From an uncultured Chthoniobacterales bacterium (GTDB lineage: Bacteria > Actinomycetota > Acidimicrobiia > Acidimicrobiales > SHLQ01), in contig CAXMRH010000153.1 in NCBI GenBank assembly GCA_964196045.1, positions 1 through 39,285 on the forward strand: a DNA stretch of 39,285 bases, written 5' to 3'. The notes under the pieces are model-generated. The model saw only the letters and a list, made by a program, of their open reading frames with translations, was not told the origin of the DNA and ran no database searches. The position numbers and the translations under genes are program-made. Every line of letters begins with the position of its first letter. Position 1 is the stretch's first letter. Below are positions 34,159 through 39,285 of this stretch, piece by piece.

Positions 34159-34905
34159 ATGCATGAGAAGCCAGTCGCAATCATCTCCAACGCGAAGCAC
34201 TACGTCGGTCCTGAACTAGCCGTGACGATGGCCTCAGCCGGGTACGACCTGGTCCTTGGTGAGCCATCTCCGGAGACGGTTGAGGCGGTCACGGCTGCTG
34301 GCGCGGACAGCTGGGTCGTGGATGGAGCGCTCGATCTATCCGACCCTGCTTCGGCTCCTCGTTTGGTCGACATGGCCATGGATGCGTACGCGCGGATCGA
34401 CTCAGCTGTGTTCTTCAGTGGCGAGATCGTGCTCGGCAAGTTCCTTGATGCGACCGATGCTGATTTCGAGAAGGTCGTGTCAGGGAATTTCGAGGCGGCG
34501 TTTCGGTCATTGCGGGCCTTCGTGCATCCGATGGTCGAGGCCGGCAGCGGACAGATCTTGGCCATCACCAGCGCTTCGGGAATCAAGGTCACGCCGATGG
34601 CTTCTCTGTATTCCTCGACGCGCGCCGCCGCCAACATGTTGGTGCGCAACGTTGCCGCCGAGGTCGCCCGAAGTGGTGTGCAGGTAAATGCGGTCGGAAC
34701 CAACTTCATGGATTTCCCGATGTTCCGTGCCGCCATGGGTGCCGATGATCCCGAAATCATGGCCAAGATCGAGAAGAACGTGCCCATGGGGCGACTCGGC
34801 ACGATGACCGAGTTCGCACAGTTCTGTCGTGTGTTTCTCGATGGCACCTCGCGTTTTCAGACAGGCCAGGTCGTCGGGTTCGACGGAGGTTGGTCCGCGC
34901 AGTGA
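34159..34905 (+). CDS. SDR-fold protein with halohydrin dehalogenase (HHDH) signatures
   Basis: 248 aa. The N-terminus AIISNAKHYVGPEL (S10-x4-Y15-x-G17) replaces the TGxxxGxG cofactor motif. The catalytic region ITS138-x12-Y151-SST-R155 gives S-x12-Y-x3-R, with Arg in place of the SDR Lys. The N-terminus resembles HheC AIVTNVKHFGG, recalled from memory. Confidence 0.65.
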   Translation: MHEKPVAIISNAKHYVGPELAVTMASAGYDLVLGEPSPETVEAVTAAGADSWVVDGALDLSDPASAPRLVDMAMDAYARIDSAVFFSGEIVLGKFLDATDADFEKVVSGNFEAAFRSLRAFVHPMVEAGSGQILAITSASGIKVTPMASLYSSTRAAANMLVRNVAAEVARSGVQVNAVGTNFMDFPMFRAAMGADDPEIMAKIEKNVPMGRLGTMTEFAQFCRVFLDGTSRFQTGQVVGFDGGWSAQ

Positions 34906-35468
34906 AGGCCGGAATCCTCGAGACCGAACGTCTGGCCATCCGACCATGGCGCGTCCACGAGGCGGAGATTCTTTTTGCGATTCGCAGTGACATCGGAGTC
35001 GCGAAGTGGTTGGACCCGCCCGAGCCCTGGACCGGCCTAGAACAAGCCGTTGATGCGATCGTCGGATACAGCCGACGAATCGAGACTGAACCTCCGCTCG
35101 GCGATTGGGCAGTCGTGCCGAACGAGCTCGGCCATCCCGTGGGCTCAGTCTCGCTACACAAGCTCCCCGAGGATGGCTTGTTTGCGACTGGTTGGTATCT
35201 CCACCCCGACGCCTTCGGGAACGGCTATGCCCCCGAGGCAGCGAAGGCCATGATCGCCGCTGGGTTCGCCGGCGGGCTAACCGAGATATGGGCCGTCATG
35301 TTCGAGCAGAACGAGGCTTCTGCGCGTGTAGCCACGAAGGCGGGGATGACCGACCTGGGCCTGCGCGATGACCCTTGGTACGGAACAGTGGAGCACCCGC
35401 AGTCTCGAATGTTCTGCGCCTACGCAGAGGGCTCGACCGGGTGGAGTAGTCCGTCGGTGACGTCGTAG
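34902..35468 (+). CDS. GNAT-family N-acetyltransferase (RimJ/RimL-like)
   Basis: The N-terminus ILETERLAIRPW is typical of the RimJ-like GNAT subgroup, and GYAPEAAKAMI matches the acetyl-CoA binding region. The GTG at 34902 overlaps the upstream TGA (GTGA). Confidence 0.75.
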   Translation: MKAGILETERLAIRPWRVHEAEILFAIRSDIGVAKWLDPPEPWTGLEQAVDAIVGYSRRIETEPPLGDWAVVPNELGHPVGSVSLHKLPEDGLFATGWYLHPDAFGNGYAPEAAKAMIAAGFAGGLTEIWAVMFEQNEASARVATKAGMTDLGLRDDPWYGTVEHPQSRMFCAYAEGSTGWSSPSVTS

Positions 35469-35944
35469 ACGAATCCGCTGATGTGGTCCTTGTTGGGCAG
35501 GAACGGTGTGAGCTCAAGGCGTTGCATCGATTGAGCAACGTCGGCGTATGGATCCGAGAAGGCCTCCAAAGACCACCAGGGTTTCACGCCCAGTTCGGCT
35601 TCTAGTTCGTCTCGGAACTTGGCCTCGTCGACGTGCTGCAGCCCACAGTCGGTGTGGTGAATGAGAATGATCTCGCGGGTCCCGAGAAACCGCTGTGACA
35701 GACACAGCGACCGGATGACGTCGTCGGTGATCACACCGCCGGCGTTGCGGATGATGTGCGCTTCGCCATTGCCCAGACGGAGGATCTTGAATGTGTCCAT
35801 TCTCGAGTCCATGCACAACACGATGGCCAGGTGGCGCAACGGTTGCACTTGAAGGTCGGCATCGTCGAACACCGCTGCTTGAGCAATGTTGTTTCCCACG
35901 AGCTCGTCGACGCTTGGTTCGAAATCGTCGCTCACGATTGGCAC
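35420..35944 (-). CDS. Beta-class carbonic anhydrase
   Basis: 174 aa with zinc ligand motifs CMDSR and HHTDCG. Its 3' end overlaps the convergent GNAT gene by 49 nt. Confidence 0.88.
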   Translation of the reverse strand: MPIVSDDFEPSVDELVGNNIAQAAVFDDADLQVQPLRHLAIVLCMDSRMDTFKILRLGNGEAHIIRNAGGVITDDVIRSLCLSQRFLGTREIILIHHTDCGLQHVDEAKFRDELEAELGVKPWWSLEAFSDPYADVAQSMQRLELTPFLPNKDHISGFVYDVTDGLLHPVEPSA

Positions 35945-36018
35945 TCCACTTCAGTCATTGGACAGGCAGGATACCCAAGACACAAACGATGGCAGGGGAG
36001 GGTGCGCCCCCGCTAGGG

Positions 36019-37313
36019 CTATACCGGAATTTCCGTTCCATCGGGGCGCAAGGTGTGCCAGGACCCATAATGGTCTCGATAGATCGTGAACCCCTTTTGT
36101 TTCCAACGATTATGTTTCCCGCACAGCGGCGCCCCGTTGCCAGGGTTGGTTCTGCCTTCTCTCGAGTGTTCGAGAACGTGGTCGTTCTCGCACTTCGATA
36201 CCGGCGTGCAACAGCCAGGCCACACACAATGGGCATGAGATAACTTCACGGCGAGTCGAGCGCCGCCGGTGAACCGTCGAGCGGCCCCTTGGTCGGTGAC
36301 CATGCTCTTGGCATCGATCAACACCCGCCGAATGCGGCCCACGATCGACATGTCGAACATCTCGGTCGCGTCGACGGGTATTCCGTCGATAATCTGGCAC
36401 CCGATTGTGTCGGTCTCGATGCAATCGCGTGGGTCGCTGGGAGCTGTCGGGGCGCGAGCGTCGCCCTTGAACTCACCGTCGTACTCGGCGATGTCATCCT
36501 CGTCTTCGAGGTCGCTGCTGTCGTCTTCTTCGCCGAAGAACTTCTCGGCCATGTCTTCGAAGGTGTCGGCGTCCCACATGATGTCGTGCACGAAGTCGGC
36601 AGGCACTGCGCTGTTGAGGTTGGCCGCAGCATCGATGAAGCTCTGCCAAAGTGCATCGGCTCGACGCTTTTGGATCGTGCGGGGCAGGTGCTCGCTCGTC
36701 GCCGCATCGCCATGTTCTGCCCGTGCCTTCTCCCAGTCGGCGATCGTCTCGGCGTCGAGGCAACGATCGAACACCTCGAAGATCTGGAGGCCCTGCATCG
36801 ACGCGAAGCTCGCCACGAAGTCCTACGTGGTGTCGAAGTTCTGGGTCATGCGGACGTTGCGGTCTTCGTGTGCCCGCTCGTTTGGCGGCGTGGGTTCGCA
36901 TGCACCAAGCTCAGCGACCTGATCTGGTCGGTGCCCAACGCTCCCGACCGATAGGCCATGCCAATGTCTGGGCACGTGTCGGTCAACCTTGCTACCCGAT
37001 CCGGGGCAGCAGCTTCGCCGTTGCTCAGCTTGGCGTGATGTCGCACTATTGCCGTGGAGTGGCCGTCACCGAGGTGGAAGCGGCACTCCTCGATGGCCGA
37101 CATCACCTCGACGGCAGCGTGATCGGCGAGCCGTCGAACCTGCTCTACCTCTTGAATCAGAGTGATCGAATCACGAGCGTTCGCTGGTTCGATTCCGGCT
37201 GATTGCAGCGCAGCGAAACCAGCGACAATCTGCTCGATCGCCACCCCAATCTCTCTGTTCGCTACCCGTGACCCCATACGAACAAGTGTACGATTAGTGT
37301 ATGACAACGACAT
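36019..37313 (-). pseudogene. DUF222 / HNH endonuclease gene (13E12-repeat type) broken by a frameshift and an in-frame TAG
   Basis: The N-terminal ORF 36846-37313 has a DUF222-like pattern (IQEVEQVRRLADHAAVEVM...GALGTDQIRSLSLVHANPR). The C-terminal ORF 36019-36816 carries the HNH motif (CVWPGCCTPVSKCENDHVLEHSREGRTNPGNGAPLCGKHNRWK). The two are in different frames. Hand translation of the junction shows a third-frame bridge ending in TAG at about 36825. Confidence 0.65.
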
Positions 37314-37384
37314 CTCGACACTTCCGGTCGAGAACCGCGGAAACCGGCATGCTCGATCGCCTCCGGCTCACTCTCCTCTTCGCT
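37313..37384 (+). repeat. Intergenic repeat 'L module', copy D
   Basis: tctcgac-acttccg-gtcgaga then accgcggaaaccgg. It matches copy A at 30 of 32 positions and then diverges. It starts at the initiation codon of the DUF222 pseudogene, on the opposite strand. Confidence 0.7.
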
Positions 37385-37597
37385 TTGGATGCTCTGCGGA
37401 TACCCATCGGGTTGTCCATCGACTCGAGCCGGTGGCGGTTCTCCCAAGCCCACGCCAGCGATTCACCCAGGGCTTCCTTCGCGCGATCCAAACCCAAGCC
37501 GCCCAAAAACGTTCGCCAGAGTTATGGCCGAGCTTCGCCAAGCAGGGTCTCCGTATCGACGTTCATACCGACTAAACGTCTAGCGCTGTGAAACCCG

Positions 37598-38419
37598 CTA
37601 CGTCGGAATGAGTGTGTTTGCGAAGATCTGCCAGGCCAGCACGCTCTTGGCCACGAAGCTGAGCATGATGTAGACCCGCTCGCCGTGGAGGTAGTCGGCC
37701 CAGCGGCCCTTGCCTCGGTACTGCAGCCATTGGTTGATGGCGAATGTGTTGAAGAAGAAGAAGATCGACGCGATGATGCCGTAGACAAATCCGGGAGGGC
37801 CCTCTCCTCCTTCTTGGCTCACGTTGAACCAGAGCGGAACGAGGATGGCCAGCCAGGGGCCGATGCCGGCTACGCAGCCCATCCAGAACGGTGACCACCA
37901 CACGGTTTTGCGCTTGACGTCGTCGGTCGAGTTGACCATTTCCATGATCCAGCCGAAAAAGATCATTGAGACGTTGGCGAAGGCCAGTCCGATGAGTGCA
38001 GCCAGGTCGGTGATTCCCGTCGTCGCTGCGATCAACACCATCATCAGCGTGGACGACAGCGCGTATTCGATCCAGCGGAAGCGATTGCGCCCATGGCGGA
38101 GCTCGCTCTTGTACTTCGGGAACACGACGAGTGCGATCAGGAAGTGGAAGAGGGCCGACAGCAACGAGAACGCAGCAACCCCAGCGGCCAGCGGAATCCC
38201 GAAGAACTCGTTGAGGGCTCCATCTGCGAGGGGGGTTCCAGGAGGTCCGCTGATGTTGAACCCGCTCACGGGGAGCTCAAAGTCGAGATCGCCCAGCACG
38301 ATCATCGCTAGGCCGGTCACGAGGTGAAGGACACCAGCTCCCAAGTTCAGCTTGCGGAGGCGGCTTGCATTGTCGTCGGTGAGCTCGACGACCTTTCGGT
38401 CGAAGTCGATGTTTGGCAT
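37598..38419 (-). CDS. Heliorhodopsin
   Basis: Seven-TM protein with blocks matching my recollection of heliorhodopsin 48C12: NISGPPGT, LSALFHF, FRWIEYALSSTLMMVLIA (counterion Glu), NVSMIFFGW, PFWMGCVAGIGPW, PGFVYGIIASIFFFFNTFAINQWLQYRGKGRWADYLHGERVYIMLSFVAKSVLAWQIF. The Schiff-base Lys codon is at 37646-37648. The start is taken at ATG 38419 (MPNIDFD); the ORF opens at GTG 38512. Confidence 0.85.
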   Translation of the reverse strand: MPNIDFDRKVVELTDDNASRLRKLNLGAGVLHLVTGLAMIVLGDLDFELPVSGFNISGPPGTPLADGALNEFFGIPLAAGVAAFSLLSALFHFLIALVVFPKYKSELRHGRNRFRWIEYALSSTLMMVLIAATTGITDLAALIGLAFANVSMIFFGWIMEMVNSTDDVKRKTVWWSPFWMGCVAGIGPWLAILVPLWFNVSQEGGEGPPGFVYGIIASIFFFFNTFAINQWLQYRGKGRWADYLHGERVYIMLSFVAKSVLAWQIFANTLIPT

Positions 38420-38591
38420 GGGTGTGGTTCTAGACGCCAGCGCCACAGGATGAATGATCAAGGGGGCCCGGATCCCAGCTGGACCTGAACTGAGGCCGAC
38501 TCGTCGAGCCACTGCAACACTGTCGCTCGCTTGTAACGTGGTGGGCTGCTTCGATGCTGAGCTGGCGCGTGCTGGCGAAGGGTCGTTGTCT

Positions 38592-38679
38592 GGAGGAGTG
38601 CGAGAGCGGCCGAATCGGCACGCTTGGAAAGCGTGTGACCTTTACGGGTCCGTGGGTTCGAATCCCACCTCCTCCGCCA
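38592..38679 (+). tRNA. tRNA-Ser (anticodon GGA), CCA encoded
   Basis: GGAGGAGTGCGAGAGCGGCCGAATCGGCACGCTTGGAAAGCGTGTGACCTTTACGGGTCCGTGGGTTCGAATCCCACCTCCTCCGCCA. It has a long variable arm and the anticodon loop TT-GGA-AA. Confidence 0.9.
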
Positions 38680-38730
38680 AACCGGGCCGTATGTCGCGCT
38701 TTCGGGGCCGACTAGAAGTGCTGTTGTGCA

Positions 38731-38955
38731 TTAGAAAAATGTATCGATTGTCATGGCAACCGTTTCATTGCCTTCGTCTCGACTGAGTCCAAGTTTGCGT
38801 CGGACTTGGAGGCCGGTGGTGATGCAGCGCGCTGCTGCTTCGGGGTCGAGGTCTTCGCGTAGGGTCCAGTCCGCTATCCCTCTGCGAATAATGGCCGCGA
38901 ACGTTCGTTCCTTCTCGCCGTGTTTCGACGCAGTCTGCTGCGGACAGTGGGTCAT
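38731..38955 (-). pseudogene. Possible remnant of a TetR-family regulator (C-terminal domain only)
   Basis: The 74-aa ORF contains RRGIADWTLREDLDPEAAARCITTGL, which resembles the ligand-domain helices of TetR proteins. No intact HTH lies upstream; only a degenerate VSQIALVRLSVNSAI appears in another frame. The region has visibly lower GC. Confidence 0.3.
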
Positions 38956-39069
38956 GCGGGCCGAGCTCGATGGCAGAGTTAACAGATAGACGAACTAGCG
39001 CGATCTGGCTGACCATCATCGGGCACTGAGCTCGTAGCGAAATAGAACACGAAGAGTATGAACGCGAAA

Positions 39070-39099
39070 ATCCCCCAGCGGCACAGGCCCCTGGGGGAT
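39070..39099 (-). terminator. Intrinsic terminator for the FtsX-like permease gene
   Basis: The minus strand has a 9-bp stem atcccccag/ctgggggat with a 12-nt loop, followed by tttcgcgtt. It lies about 25 nt after the stop codon at 39123-39125. Confidence 0.5.
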
Positions 39100-39122
39100 G
39101 ATTCACGACTGCTCAGCGAGCG

Positions 39123-39285
39123 TCAGTGAGAGATGGCGTCGAGGACGTTCAAACGTCCCGCACGTCTTGCCGGAAGAACAGCCGCAAGGACTCCAGCAGC
39201 TGCGGCGACGATCACAAGTGTGATGATCGACTGGTACGGAATCGAAAGCGTCGAGGCGAAGGAATCGGGAAGGGCTTCGACAACG
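39123..39285 (-). CDS. ABC transporter permease, FtsX/MacB-like, C-terminal fragment running off the window edge
   Basis: Hand translation gives VVEALPDSFASTLSIPYQSIITLVIVAAAAGVLAAVLPARRAGRLNVLDAISH, then a stop. The final TM plus PARRA(A/G)RL...L is the typical FtsX-family C-terminus. It is not in the ORF track because it is truncated. Confidence 0.55.
   Translation of the reverse strand, partial: VVEALPDSFASTLSIPYQSIITLVIVAAAAGVLAAVLPARRAGRLNVLDAISH

Overview
High-GC chromosomal window that looks actinobacterial, possibly Acidimicrobiia-like (inference from gene content and synteny only). It is mostly housekeeping. The backbone is the conserved actinobacterial cell-wall and division signalling block: tRNA-Leu, fhaA, fhaB, pstP, rodA, pbpA, pknB, then trpG (opposite strand), crgA and, further on, tRNA-Ala. 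Around it lie pheA, larB-larC, an MBL hydrolase, a SulP transporter, prfC, a polyprenyl synthase, xseA-xseB, an ABC exporter, mscL, a beta-carbonic anhydrase and a Mo-oxidoreductase/cytochrome b operon. There are six tRNA genes: Ser-GCU, Ser-UGA, Arg-ACG, Leu-CAG, Ala-UGC and Ser-GGA. No rRNA, CRISPR array, transposase or integrase was found. Five things deserve a second look. (1) A clear heliorhodopsin gene at 37598-38419. (2) An SDR-fold protein at 34159-34905 carrying the halohydrin-dehalogenase signatures (S-x12-Y-x3-R triad, and S-x4-Y-x-G in place of the NAD(P) glycine motif). (3) A dense cluster of DnaA-box-like 9-mers at 20559-20824, in a relatively AT-rich spacer between two convergent 3' ends and so not a promoter. 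(4) A modular family of intergenic GC-rich repeats with conserved hairpins at four loci, mostly beside tRNAs or gene 3' ends. (5) A 140-bp element bounded by 24-nt inverted repeats. Two genes appear to be decayed: a permease and a DUF222/HNH gene. No complete multi-gene system of obviously novel type, such as a defence island, could be supported from the sequence.
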